Source: an uncultured Melioribacteraceae bacterium
Lineage (GTDB): Bacteria > Bacteroidota > Ignavibacteria > Ignavibacteriales > Melioribacteraceae
NCBI GenBank assembly: GCA_964516545.1
Contig: CAZEXO010000004.1
Span: forward strand, 1 to 50,933
Direction: 5' to 3'
Length of the DNA stretch: 50,933 nucleotides
The position numbers and the translations under genes were made by a program. Every line of letters starts with the position of its first letter. Position 1 is the stretch's first letter. Positions 9,590-19,691 of this stretch are shown here, in pieces. A model generated the notes under the pieces. That model was not told where the DNA came from, made no database searches, and saw nothing but the letters and a program-made list of their open reading frames with translations.

Positions 9590-11107
9590 TTAGCACATGA
9601 AAAGGGATTTGGATGAAAACAGAGGATCGGAAGTGACGTTCACACCCAGCTTCCGAAATCCGGCTTCATCTCCCGGTGTGGGAATGTGAGTAAGGTGAAC
9701 TTCACAATTTTGCAGATCCTTTAATTTTTCGACCGCTAATTTTGCAGCGGGGTTAGTTATCGCGCTTATACTAAGCGCAATCAAAGTTTCCTCAAGATCC
9801 ATGCTTACCATTTTACCTTTTAATACTTCCTTCTTTAGAAAAGTAATGGAATCAATTACATTTTCCGGGATGAGATAAAGGTTATCGGGAATTCCCGCAA
9901 GAATTTTTATAGCATTTAATACCGAGCTTGATGCGGCATGCATGAGTGAAGAATTTTTTCCTGTTACTATTTCACCGGACATTAATTCAATAGCGGCACC
10001 GCAATATACACCGTCATTTCCTTTGCCAGTCTGGCATGCTTCCTCAGCTGCTTTTCGTGCAGGTAAAACAACTAATCTGTCTTCGGATTTTGCGTCAATT
10101 CCTTTCATTATTAGTTCGGAACGATCGAGAATGTCCTGCTCAACAAACCCCATAGCATATTCACAACTGCATCTGAAATAGCGGCGGATAATTTCCTGAT
10201 GAGCGGCTTGTTGTACCGCTTCATCGTCAATAATTCCAAATCCTGCTTTGTTAACGCCCATGTCAGTTGGGGATTTATAAAAAGATTCTCCACCGGTTAT
10301 TTTTTCAATAATTCTTCTGAGTAAAGGAAAAGCTTCAATATCACGGTTATAGTTAACGGTTTTTTCATTGTATGCTTCAAGGTGGTGATGGTCAATCATA
10401 TTAACATCTTTAAGATCGACTGTTGCAGCTTCATAGGCGACATTCACTTTATGTTTAAGTGGAAGATTCCAGATCGGGAAAGTTTCGAATTTTGCGTAGC
10501 CTGCTTTAACACCTCTTTTATACTCATGATATAACTGACCAAGGCATGTTGCAAGTTTTCCGCTGCCGGGACCTGGTCCGGTAACTACAACAATTGGTTT
10601 TGTTGTTTCAATATATTTATTCGCGCCATAACCTTCATCGCTTACAATTAAGTCAACATCCGTCGGATAACCTTTTGTACATTGATGAGTATAAATATTA
10701 ATCCCGCGTCTCTCAAGTTTGTTTATAAAAGCTTTGGCAGAAGGCTGATTATCATAACGGGTTACAATAACTGCGGTGATGTCAACACCCCACTCCTTGA
10801 AATCATCGATGGTTTTCATTGTATCGGCATCATAAGTAATTCCGAAATCTGCGCGCACTTTTTTCCGTTCAATATCACCCGCATAAATACACATTATAAC
10901 ATCGATCTTGTCTTTCAACTTTTGCAATAATCTCATTTTTACATTCGGATCAAATCCGGGTAGTACTCTGGATGCATGATAATCAAAAAGTAGTTTCCCA
11001 CCGAACTCAAGATAAAGTTTATCATTAAACCGGCGTACACGATTTAATATTTCCGCAGATTGTTCTTGTAAATATTTTTCATTATCAAAACCGATTTTTA
11101 GAGGCAT
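9590..11107 (-). CDS. UPF0371/DUF1846 family protein
   Basis: ~505 aa. [21 protein letters not shown]...[27 protein letters not shown] is the conserved family N-terminus. I prefer the second ATG (11107), which has GGAG 6 nt upstream. The ORF is open back to 11119. Confidence 0.85.
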   Translation of the reverse strand: MPLKIGFDNEKYLQEQSAEILNRVRRFNDKLYLEFGGKLLFDYHASRVLPGFDPNVKMRLLQKLKDKIDVIMCIYAGDIERKKVRADFGITYDADTMKTIDDFKEWGVDITAVIVTRYDNQPSAKAFINKLERRGINIYTHQCTKGYPTDVDLIVSDEGYGANKYIETTKPIVVVTGPGPGSGKLATCLGQLYHEYKRGVKAGYAKFETFPIWNLPLKHKVNVAYEAATVDLKDVNMIDHHHLEAYNEKTVNYNRDIEAFPLLRRIIEKITGGESFYKSPTDMGVNKAGFGIIDDEAVQQAAHQEIIRRYFRCSCEYAMGFVEQDILDRSELIMKGIDAKSEDRLVVLPARKAAEEACQTGKGNDGVYCGAAIELMSGEIVTGKNSSLMHAASSSVLNAIKILAGIPDNLYLIPENVIDSITFLKKEVLKGKMVSMDLEETLIALSISAITNPAAKLAVEKLKDLQNCEVHLTHIPTPGDEAGFRKLGVNVTSDPLFSSKSLFMC

Positions 11108-11512
11108 GCCGTTCTCCATATTCGAAAAAAAAGCTTCGGTAATATAAACAAGTGTGAAGAATTAGAAGAAAAAAAATCAGGAAAATTTATAAGGAATCAT
11201 TTTGCAGGCTAAGGAAAATATCATTTTACTTTTTAATAGCCGAATATTTTTAATGAAAAAAGTCTCGGAATTAATTCGTAAATCACCCATGATATTTAAA
11301 AATAAATTTCGTAATATGCACAGCGTTACTTAACGAAAACGGTTTTACGGAGGAATACCAGCCGCTTAAATTCCGGAAACGGGAAATTTTTTGATGACCG
11401 GCGCAGTTACCTCAAGGCAAACCAAATGTTTTATTTTTAATACAGAATAATGACACCCTGGAAATAATAATATTTTATATAAATCGTTATATCCATATTT
11501 CATGAGGGTTTT

Positions 11513-11965
11513 ATGCACGTAACTTTGAATAACCAAACACCTACGATTGAAAAAAAATCCATTATTAATCAGCAGGTTAAAACTGATTCCGGTACAGAAT
11601 TGTCGGATAACTCCCAAAATTCCTGGCTCGCAGTAAGTGAAAGATGTAATGTTACAAATTGTTCGTATGATTGCCTTATGCAGGCAATTACCGAACTTTA
11701 TATTGACGGAGAAATAACTCATAAAGATTTTGAAACTTTTGAGATAGATAAAGATAACAATGATTCTTTCTTTGCAAGCAGAGGATTTAACGTAATGACA
11801 AATCCTTATCGTACTCCGGCTGATCAGGATGGAAACAGAAACTGGATAAAAGAGTTTGAGATAAAACTTGCTGAGGCAAAACACAGGCATGACGAAAAAG
11901 CCGCGGCAACATACAAGAGTGTTGTTGAAATATTAACAAGGTTAAGCGAAGTTATCCACGCTTAA
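11513..11965 (+). CDS. hypothetical protein
   Basis: 150-aa ORF with GAGGG 4 nt before the ATG. Balanced charged composition. Preferred over the overlapping Cys/Phe/Ile-rich minus-strand ORF. Confidence 0.55.
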   Translation: MHVTLNNQTPTIEKKSIINQQVKTDSGTELSDNSQNSWLAVSERCNVTNCSYDCLMQAITELYIDGEITHKDFETFEIDKDNNDSFFASRGFNVMTNPYRTPADQDGNRNWIKEFEIKLAEAKHRHDEKAAATYKSVVEILTRLSEVIHA

Positions 11966-12061
11966 TAAATGACTGTTACTTCATAGTTCCCGTTATCGCG
12001 GAACGTGATATTTTATTTCCGGATTAGAAATAACAAACGGAATTAGGAATACTATGTGTCG

Positions 12062-13039
12062 TTATTCGGAAAATTTTTGAATGATCCACGTTATCTTGTC
12101 AGAAGGACCCTGTAATTTATCCTGCCAGTTTTCAATAGGTTTTGCAAAAAAAGCTTCATGTCTGAAAGTAATAACATCCGTCAAATCGTGAAAATCATTT
12201 TTTGATCCGAACATTTCCTTAAAGAAAACCGGGTAATTAATTTTATCTGTCAGTTCAAGACATTCATCCCTCGTCAGATAATTTAATAATACGCCTGTAA
12301 GAGCCGCTTGATGAGCGAATGTTCTGTGCTGCCTGTTTTGGCTGCATATTTCGGTTAGTCGTTCGTCGTTGTAAAGTTTTTCGAAATTTGTCATCCAGTT
12401 ATTAAATATACCGCGTTCCGGACGCACACTTAAACAACCTGCATTAATATAAGGTTTGATGCTATCGCCATCAGCAGGTGTGACCATGGAAAATATTTTG
12501 TTTTCATCAATCTCCATTAATTCGAAAGATTTTTTCCAGAATTCATCAAGCGGTTCATTAAAAAGCAGACCGATATTCTGATGTGTTACCGGGCGATAAC
12601 CTAAATTAATGTTTGCAGGTAAAAGAAATTCTACCGGCTCTTTTAATAGTATTGTATCATAGTCCAGCCAGACAAGTATTTCGTAATTCCCGTTTGCCGC
12701 TGTTTCTGCTCTGGCGGCAGCGTACACTTTTCTGCTGAAATTAAACCAAACTGCTTTTTGCGGAACATCAATTGGTTTCAATGTAACATTCAAATTATCA
12801 AATTTATCTTCGAGAGTTTCCTGAACCATTGCTTCGGGTAAATACAGCCAGATAGGTGTTTCCCTGAATGTGCCTCCGAATGTTCTTACACTCTCAGCAA
12901 ACAACTCCACGTACCTTAGCTGAACATCTCTTTCGGCCATTAACGCGATTACTAATTTGTCTTTTGCATGCAGATTTTGAAGAATAATAAGAAGAATAGC
13001 GATCACAAAAATATTGTATGAAGTTAATTCCCTTTTCAT
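12062..13039 (-). CDS. exported hypothetical protein, possibly a GT-A-like nucleotide-sugar transferase fold
   Basis: 325 aa. GGAGGAA SD. N-terminal signal or anchor (IFVIAILLIILQNLHA). VWLDYDTILL resembles a DxD motif. The assignment is weak. Confidence 0.65.
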   Translation of the reverse strand: MKRELTSYNIFVIAILLIILQNLHAKDKLVIALMAERDVQLRYVELFAESVRTFGGTFRETPIWLYLPEAMVQETLEDKFDNLNVTLKPIDVPQKAVWFNFSRKVYAAARAETAANGNYEILVWLDYDTILLKEPVEFLLPANINLGYRPVTHQNIGLLFNEPLDEFWKKSFELMEIDENKIFSMVTPADGDSIKPYINAGCLSVRPERGIFNNWMTNFEKLYNDERLTEICSQNRQHRTFAHQAALTGVLLNYLTRDECLELTDKINYPVFFKEMFGSKNDFHDLTDVITFRHEAFFAKPIENWQDKLQGPSDKITWIIQKFSE

Positions 13040-13216
13040 TATTTCCTCCGTCGATAAAATTAAAAAATTTTATTTCTTCTTTCGGGGGATGATTTTGTGG
13101 GGTGAAAATATAAAAAAAATGATTGAATGCCAGTATAAAAATTACCGGACAATACTTTATTCTGATTATTCCTTTTTAGCCTTTCGGAAATCAAACAGAG
13201 TGTTAATCTTTTATAC

Positions 13217-13756
13217 TTACTTACTTTGCATGATGTATAATTTCCCATTACGTGGGTTAAGTTCTATTTCACCTCTAAATCCCTTTTTTATTAATTCCTC
13301 ATACAGAACGCGCATGAAAAAGCCATGAGTTACAACAAGCACTTTTTTTTCTTTTTGGGAGGAAATCAAATCATAAAAATCATGTACGCGCTTTAACGTC
13401 TGTTCATAAACTTCCGGTTGGGATTGTTTATTGAACCGCCAGGCAATTCTTCCTGCAAAATGCCAGATGAAAGACGGCAAACGCCAGGTTGTGTTTGTGA
13501 ACGCCCTTAAGGGCACTTCTCTCAAAAGACCGGTCTTAATAATTTCTTTTTTATAAATAGCGTGAGCTGTAGTTATTGCACGGGGCAGGTCGCTGCAATA
13601 ACAAATATCCCAGTCGGACTCGTTGATATCAAGATTATTAGCAATCACCGGAGCTGAATCATAATCAATCATTTGTTTGTTAAACTCTGCCGTTGAGTAC
13701 ACAGATTTATTGCCGGGCAGATCCACTTTAAAATGTCTTACAAAGCCTATAATCAT
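13217..13756 (-). CDS. histidine phosphatase (phosphoglycerate mutase-like) family protein
   Basis: 179 aa. N-terminal IGFVRHF (an RH motif) and C-terminal VLVVTHGFFMR (the catalytic His region). Confidence 0.8.
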   Translation of the reverse strand: MIIGFVRHFKVDLPGNKSVYSTAEFNKQMIDYDSAPVIANNLDINESDWDICYCSDLPRAITTAHAIYKKEIIKTGLLREVPLRAFTNTTWRLPSFIWHFAGRIAWRFNKQSQPEVYEQTLKRVHDFYDLISSQKEKKVLVVTHGFFMRVLYEELIKKGFRGEIELNPRNGKLYIMQSK

Positions 13757-13799
13757 AAAAGAAAAGATTCCATATATAACATGCTATGCAATTGTGTCA

Positions 13800-16607
13800 T
13801 TAATTTTGTTCTTCAGGCATAAGTATAAATCTTACATAATTTGTGTTGTTAAAATATTTTTTTGTGGTATTGCTGAGAACTTCCGGGCTCAGTGTGTTCA
13901 CGAGTTTCGGGAAATTCAATAATTCTTTTGGATCTCTCTCATGAACATATAATTCATGAAGCGCGCCGAGCCAGAATATGTTTGTTTCAAGGTTCGTCTC
14001 GCGTTCGCGAAGATGCTGTTCTTTGATTTTATTAATGTATGAAATGTCTGGTGGAGTCAATTTTAATGTATCAATTTGCTTAAGGATTTCTTCTGTAAGC
14101 TCCTCAGCGTTTTCGGGATTACATCCAAAAGAGATTGAGTAATCATAATCTTCTTGCGGCCAGCGGGAATCATTGCACCACACACCAACGCCATACGTTC
14201 CCCCGATATCTTCACGAATAACTTCCCGCAATCTGATGTTGAGATAATCGGCGACAGTATTCATATAATAACTTTCTTCGGGTGACCAGGAAAATTCTCC
14301 GGTAAATTTCATCATTACCCTGCTCTTTGGCTCGATTCCTTTTTTAATCACTTTATGTAGTTTACCTTTTGGGTATCTGACCTCGGTATCGTTCCAGGTT
14401 TCTTTCCTGTTGGTCGAAGGAAGGTTGGCAAGATATATTTCACACATTTGTTTTATGATTTTTATATCGAGATTACCGACAAAATAAAAAGTAAAATCAT
14501 CAGCATTGGCAAAACGATCATAATAAATTTCCTTTGCCTCGGTTAAATCTATTTCGTTCAGTAAATCCAATGACCATGGTTTGCCCCTGAAATGGTAGTT
14601 CGACATGGTCACAGCGATTGTATCCTGAAAAGCGGATTCCGGACTCGCGCTTCCGTTTTCAAGAAATCCCTTAACTCTTGATTTGAAAGAGTTGAAAGCT
14701 TCTTCATCAAATCTGGGCGACTCGAAAAACATATATAACAATTGAAACAGAGATTCAACATCGGTCGGACTTGCTGTTCCTTCAAATCCTTCTCTTAATT
14801 CACCGATCCAAGGGTAAACACTAACCACTTTTCCGGCCATTTTTTTTCTGAGTTCAATGTTGGAAAAATTTCCCAAACCGCTTTCGTTGGCGATGGCTGA
14901 AACAGCCAATGAGGAATAATATTTGTCTTTGGGTACAAGTGAATTTCCGCCCGGACTTGATGCCGTAAAAAGTATCTCATCGTTTTTGAAGTCTGTCGGT
15001 TTAAGTACAACTTTAACTCCGTTGGATAATGTCCATTCGGTAATATCCAGTTCCTCAATTATTTTTTCGTGAATGATTTTACCCGGCTCAGGAATTCGTG
15101 AAAGTAAAGGTTCTTCATTTATGACTTCTTCATAAGCCGATATGTTTTTTGCTGATATATCCCCGAAAATTTTCAGTATGTCTTCTTCTTTGGGAATTTT
15201 TGTGCTGTCATTCTGAACAAGGCTGAGAGTAACCACGAAGTTGTCATTCTTAATATTTTTATTTATCAGCGAATTTATTTCCTCAAGAGAAATGTGTGCG
15301 GTGAGTTGATCATAAATTTCATAGATATACTTGATGCTATAAACAGTATTACCTGATAGGAACGATGATGTATACGCGCTCGCGATTCTTCCCGATTCGA
15401 TTTTATCCCGTTCTTCATATTGTTTTTGCAGAGCTCGGGAAGAATTCTTTTTTGCTCTTTCAAATTCAGATTGAGTGAAACCGAATTGTTTTATTCTTTC
15501 TGCTTCAGCGAGAAGAGCATCCAAGCCGCGTTCGACTTCATTTTCTTTCACAATTGCAGTAAGAGTATAAGCTTCTTTTGTTCTTACAACATCAGCATTG
15601 CCTGAATAAGCACTCATAAAAGGCGGATCGGATTTTTTTGTTATCTCGTTAAAACGATCATTTAGCATCATATTAAAAAACTGATGTTTGATTCTGTCCC
15701 GGAGGTCATTAAGAATTATTTGTTTATCCGACTCGTTGAGATACATAACACTAATGATATTGTATGCAGCTTCTCTTTCGCTTTCAATAGAAATTCTTAT
15801 ATCATTCTGATCCGGCACTTCAAATTCAGTTCGTTCGCGGGCATTTTCCGATGACGGAACATCAGAGAAGTATTTTATAATTAATTCTTCAGCGACTGTT
15901 TTATCAAAATCACCGACGGCTACCACAGCCATTAATTCAGGGCGATACCAGTCTTTATAAAATTTTTTCAGGGTTTCATAGTCGAATGATTTCAATATTT
16001 CAACTTTTCCAATGGGTAACCTTTCAGCGTACTTGGAGTTTTTAAATATTACAGGGAATTGTTTGTCGCGTATACGGGCGTCGGCTCCGCGTCCGGTCCG
16101 CCATTCTTCAATTATTACTCCGCGCTCTTTGTCTATTTCTTCATCCTCAAAAGAAATATTTGTTGCCCAGTCGCTTAATATTTGGAATCCTTTTTCAAAT
16201 ATTCCGGTGCTGTCGAGAGGAAGTTCAAGCATGTATACAGTTTCATCGAAGCCTGTGTAAGCATTAATTTCCGGTCCGAAACGCATTCCGATAGATTCCA
16301 TGAAATTTATAATTTCATGTTTAGCGAAGTTTTTTGTTCCGTTAAATGCCATGTGTTCGACAAAGTGAGCAAGACCCAACTGATCTTCGTCTTCAAGAAT
16401 TGAACCGACGTTTACAACGAGCCTGATATCAGCTCTGTTCTGTGGTTTTTTATTTTCCCGGATGTAGTAAGTAAGTCCATTCTCAAGTTTTCCGATTTTG
16501 ACATTCGGATCGAAAGGTATTTTATTCTCAAGATTAACACTTTGAGCTATGCCCGAAGAAAAAAGAACAAGGAACGATGAAATAAGAAGAATGATTTTTT
16601 TATTCAT
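13800..16607 (-). CDS. M16 family zinc peptidase (insulinase/pitrilysin-like, two fused halves)
   Basis: 935 aa with a signal peptide. Inverted zinc motif HFVEHMAFNGT (HxxEH). Confidence 0.95.
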   Translation of the reverse strand: MNKKIILLISSFLVLFSSGIAQSVNLENKIPFDPNVKIGKLENGLTYYIRENKKPQNRADIRLVVNVGSILEDEDQLGLAHFVEHMAFNGTKNFAKHEIINFMESIGMRFGPEINAYTGFDETVYMLELPLDSTGIFEKGFQILSDWATNISFEDEEIDKERGVIIEEWRTGRGADARIRDKQFPVIFKNSKYAERLPIGKVEILKSFDYETLKKFYKDWYRPELMAVVAVGDFDKTVAEELIIKYFSDVPSSENARERTEFEVPDQNDIRISIESEREAAYNIISVMYLNESDKQIILNDLRDRIKHQFFNMMLNDRFNEITKKSDPPFMSAYSGNADVVRTKEAYTLTAIVKENEVERGLDALLAEAERIKQFGFTQSEFERAKKNSSRALQKQYEERDKIESGRIASAYTSSFLSGNTVYSIKYIYEIYDQLTAHISLEEINSLINKNIKNDNFVVTLSLVQNDSTKIPKEEDILKIFGDISAKNISAYEEVINEEPLLSRIPEPGKIIHEKIIEELDITEWTLSNGVKVVLKPTDFKNDEILFTASSPGGNSLVPKDKYYSSLAVSAIANESGLGNFSNIELRKKMAGKVVSVYPWIGELREGFEGTASPTDVESLFQLLYMFFESPRFDEEAFNSFKSRVKGFLENGSASPESAFQDTIAVTMSNYHFRGKPWSLDLLNEIDLTEAKEIYYDRFANADDFTFYFVGNLDIKIIKQMCEIYLANLPSTNRKETWNDTEVRYPKGKLHKVIKKGIEPKSRVMMKFTGEFSWSPEESYYMNTVADYLNIRLREVIREDIGGTYGVGVWCNDSRWPQEDYDYSISFGCNPENAEELTEEILKQIDTLKLTPPDISYINKIKEQHLRERETNLETNIFWLGALHELYVHERDPKELLNFPKLVNTLSPEVLSNTTKKYFNNTNYVRFILMPEEQN

Positions 16608-16698
16608 GATAAAATCCGGTTTGATTTTTATACAGTTATTTTCAGCCGGTATAACAACTTCAAAACAGAACTTGTTTCACCAAAAGACTGAAATATGA

Positions 16699-18063
16699 TT
16701 ACTTCGCCCAGACTGTTTTTATGTTTACAAATTCTTTTATACCGTAATGAGATAACTCTCGTCCGTAACCCGAAAGTTTTGTTCCCCCGAAAGGCAACCG
16801 CGGATCGGACTTTACTAATCCATTTATAAAAACAGAACCTGTTTCTATCCTTGATGCGATTTCTTTTGCCCGCTTAATATCTTTGGACCAGAGTGATGCA
16901 CCAAGTCCATAATTATTATCGTTGGCAATTTCAAGAGCCTCGTCTTCATTTTTCGCTTTAATGAGTGATGCAACAGGACCAAATAATTCCTGATCATAAG
17001 CCGGCATTCCCGGGCAGATATTGCTTAAAATAGTCGGAGGATAAAAATATCCTTCTCTGTTCATCGGTTCACCACCACAGAGAATTTTTGCTCCTTTATT
17101 AACGCTTTCTTTAACCTGTTCGTGAAGTTCGAGCAGAAGATCTTTTCTCGCCATTGGGCCCAACTCCGTATCTTCTTTCATGGGGTCGCCAATTTTTACA
17201 TTCTTCATCAATTCAACAAAATGTTTTGCAAAGTCATCATATATTTTTTCAACAACAATAAATCGTTTTGCAGCAATACAGCTTTGACCGTTATTAATCA
17301 ATCGCGCTGTGACTGCTGTTTTTACTGCCTGGGCAAGATCGGCATTTTCCAGGACAATGAAAGGATCGCTTCCGCCGAGTTCCATCACTGTTTTTTTGAG
17401 AACCCGTCCGCAAGCTTCTGCAATTTTTATTCCCGCATGTTCGCTTCCGGTTAATGTTGCAGCTTTTACTTTGGGATTGTTTATAACATTTTCAACTTCA
17501 GACGATCCTATCAGGAGCGTACGAAACAGATCAACAGGAAAATCAGCTTCCCTGAATATTTCTTCAATAGCAATCGCGTTTTGAGGAACGTTTGAAGAGT
17601 GTTTCAGAATTCCGGCGTTACCAGCCATCATTGCCGGAGCTGCAAAACGAAAAACCTGCCAGAAAGGAAAATTCCAGGGCATGACTGCAAGAATAATTCC
17701 AAGGGGATCGAATTGAACGTAACTTTCAGAAGCGTCGGTTTCAATTATTTCTTTTCGTAAAATATCATTCGTGTTTTCCGCGTAGTACTCGCAGACCCAG
17801 GCACATTTTTCAACTTCGGCACGCGCTTGAGAAATCGGTTTTCCCATTTCAAGAGTGAGTATAGATGCATATTTCTCTTTCTTTTGCCGGAGAATTTTTG
17901 CGGCATTCAACATAAATGGTTTTCGTTCGTTATAGGATTTTGTTTTCCAATTTGAAAAAGCATCATGGACTGAATTGATGATCCGGTTCACTTCGTCAGT
18001 TGTATACTCTTTGTAGCTCGCGATTAATTTTCCATTTACGGGGTTAATTGTTTCAAGAGACAT
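16699..18063 (-). CDS. NAD(P)-dependent aldehyde dehydrogenase, succinate-semialdehyde dehydrogenase-like
   Basis: 454 aa. AAGGAGA SD. ALDH motifs ELGGSDP (catalytic Glu) and NNGQSCIAAKR (catalytic Cys). Confidence 0.9.
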   Translation of the reverse strand: MSLETINPVNGKLIASYKEYTTDEVNRIINSVHDAFSNWKTKSYNERKPFMLNAAKILRQKKEKYASILTLEMGKPISQARAEVEKCAWVCEYYAENTNDILRKEIIETDASESYVQFDPLGIILAVMPWNFPFWQVFRFAAPAMMAGNAGILKHSSNVPQNAIAIEEIFREADFPVDLFRTLLIGSSEVENVINNPKVKAATLTGSEHAGIKIAEACGRVLKKTVMELGGSDPFIVLENADLAQAVKTAVTARLINNGQSCIAAKRFIVVEKIYDDFAKHFVELMKNVKIGDPMKEDTELGPMARKDLLLELHEQVKESVNKGAKILCGGEPMNREGYFYPPTILSNICPGMPAYDQELFGPVASLIKAKNEDEALEIANDNNYGLGASLWSKDIKRAKEIASRIETGSVFINGLVKSDPRLPFGGTKLSGYGRELSHYGIKEFVNIKTVWAK

Positions 18064-18305
18064 AAATTCTCCTTTTGAAAATTAACAAATTCTTAAAATC
18101 GCCTCATTGTGTTTGAGAAAATTAATAATAATGTTAGCGTCTCAAGTTAAACAATTTACCGGGAATTTATCAGTGAATAATTATGTCGGACTCTTAAGAA
18201 AAATGATAAAGTTTTTCCCGAGCGTTGAATTGTTTTAAGAATACTTTTTGTTGAAAAAAATTTATTATATTTAGCACACTTCTTATACATAATGCTAAGG
18301 TGAAT

Positions 18306-19646
18306 ATGCCGAAAAAAAAGCAGCCGAAGACGTTCATTCTTGACACGAACGTCATTCTCCATGATCCCACCTGCATCGATCAGTTTCAGGAAAATAATGT
18401 AATTATACCTCTGATTGTTATCGAGGAGATGGATCATTTTAAACGCGGTAGTCAGGTAATTAATTTAAATGCGCGTGAATTTGCCCGAAAGCTTGATTCA
18501 ATAACTGGAGATGCTATTTTTAACGGCGGCGCCTCTCTCGGACCTAAAAAAGGAAAAGTTCGCGTTGTTATAACACGCGGATTACATCCCGACATAAAAG
18601 AAATGTTTCGGGAAGATACCCCCGACCATCGTGTTTTGAGCGCCGCATTTGAGCAGTATCAAAAAGCAAAAGAAAAAGACAGGGTTATTCTTGTTACAAA
18701 AGATGTAAACCTCAGAATGAAAGCTAAAGCGCTTGGATTAAGAGCTGAGGATTACACCACGGACAGAATAAGTATTGAGGAATTGTACAGCGGTAAGGAA
18801 GTGCTCGAGGATTTTGATGACGAGATTATTCAGAAATTTTATCAGCCGCCTTATGGAGTGGAAGCGAATCAGATTTTTAAGCGGGTTAAAAGTGAAAAAG
18901 TGCCCAACAAATTTTTCATTATTCGCAATTCAGGACGATCGGCATTGGCGAGTCTTGACAATGAAGCGGCGGAATTTCGCAAAGTAGATAAACAGATGAT
19001 ATATGGAATAAGACCGCGTAATGCCGAGCAGGCTTTTGCTGTTGATGCTCTGATCAATAATAATATTCCTCTTGTTACTCTGACCGGAAAAGCGGGAACA
19101 GGAAAAACTTTACTTGCGCTGGCAAGCGCTCTTCAGGTGCGAAAGTTTTACAGGCAGATTTATGTGGCGCGTCCGGTTGTTCCGCTCAGCAATAAAGATA
19201 TTGGTTTTCTTCCTGGTGATGTTGAAAGTAAACTTGCGCCTTATATGCAGCCGCTTTGGGATAACCTGAAAGTTATTCAGGATCAATTTCCCGAGACGGA
19301 TAAAAGTCATGCCGTAATTACACACATGTTAAAGGAAGAAAAGCTTGTTATCGAACCGCTGAGTTATATTCGCGGAAGAAGTTTGCAGCGAATATTTTTT
19401 ATTGTTGATGAAGCTCAAAACTTAACGCCTCATGAAGTAAAAACAATTATCACGCGCGCCGGTGAAGGTTCAAAAGTTGTGTTAACCGGCGACATATATC
19501 AGATTGATCATCCCTACCTCGACACGCTTTCAAACGGGTTATCATATTTGATAGATCATTTCAAAGGACAAAAACTTTACGCGCATGTAAACCTTGAAAA
19601 AGGAGAACGATCAGAACTTGCGGAACTGGCAAGTAATCTTTTATAA
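18306..19646 (+). CDS. PIN domain-PhoH ATPase fusion protein (PhoH2/YlaK type)
   Basis: The N-terminus FILDTNVILHD is PIN-like. Walker A GKAGTGKT and Walker B FFIVDEAQN lie in the C-terminal PhoH part. I placed the start at the ATG after AAGGTGA. The ORF is open from the GTG at 18300. Confidence 0.9.
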   Translation: MPKKKQPKTFILDTNVILHDPTCIDQFQENNVIIPLIVIEEMDHFKRGSQVINLNAREFARKLDSITGDAIFNGGASLGPKKGKVRVVITRGLHPDIKEMFREDTPDHRVLSAAFEQYQKAKEKDRVILVTKDVNLRMKAKALGLRAEDYTTDRISIEELYSGKEVLEDFDDEIIQKFYQPPYGVEANQIFKRVKSEKVPNKFFIIRNSGRSALASLDNEAAEFRKVDKQMIYGIRPRNAEQAFAVDALINNNIPLVTLTGKAGTGKTLLALASALQVRKFYRQIYVARPVVPLSNKDIGFLPGDVESKLAPYMQPLWDNLKVIQDQFPETDKSHAVITHMLKEEKLVIEPLSYIRGRSLQRIFFIVDEAQNLTPHEVKTIITRAGEGSKVVLTGDIYQIDHPYLDTLSNGLSYLIDHFKGQKLYAHVNLEKGERSELAELASNLL

Positions 19647-19656
19647 ACAAAAATTA

Positions 19657-19687
19657 AAGGCAATCGTTCGTGCAATACGATTGCCTT
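19657..19687. terminator. bidirectional intrinsic terminator
   Basis: Perfect 11-bp stem AAGGCAATCGT / ACGATTGCCTT with a 9-nt loop. It sits between convergent stops at 19646 and 19692. Confidence 0.6.
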
Positions 19688-19691
19688 ATCT

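Noticed and set aside
10196-10203. CTGATGAG hammerhead-like core
   Set aside because: The following sequence forms a stem II candidate (GCGG..CCGC), but the required GAAA core is missing. The site lies inside the UPF0371 coding region.
11366-11890. 174-aa minus-strand ORF overlapping 11513..11965
   Set aside because: Its Cys/Phe/Ile-rich composition is typical of an antisense read of AT-rich coding DNA. The plus-strand ORF has a GAGGG SD and a normal composition.
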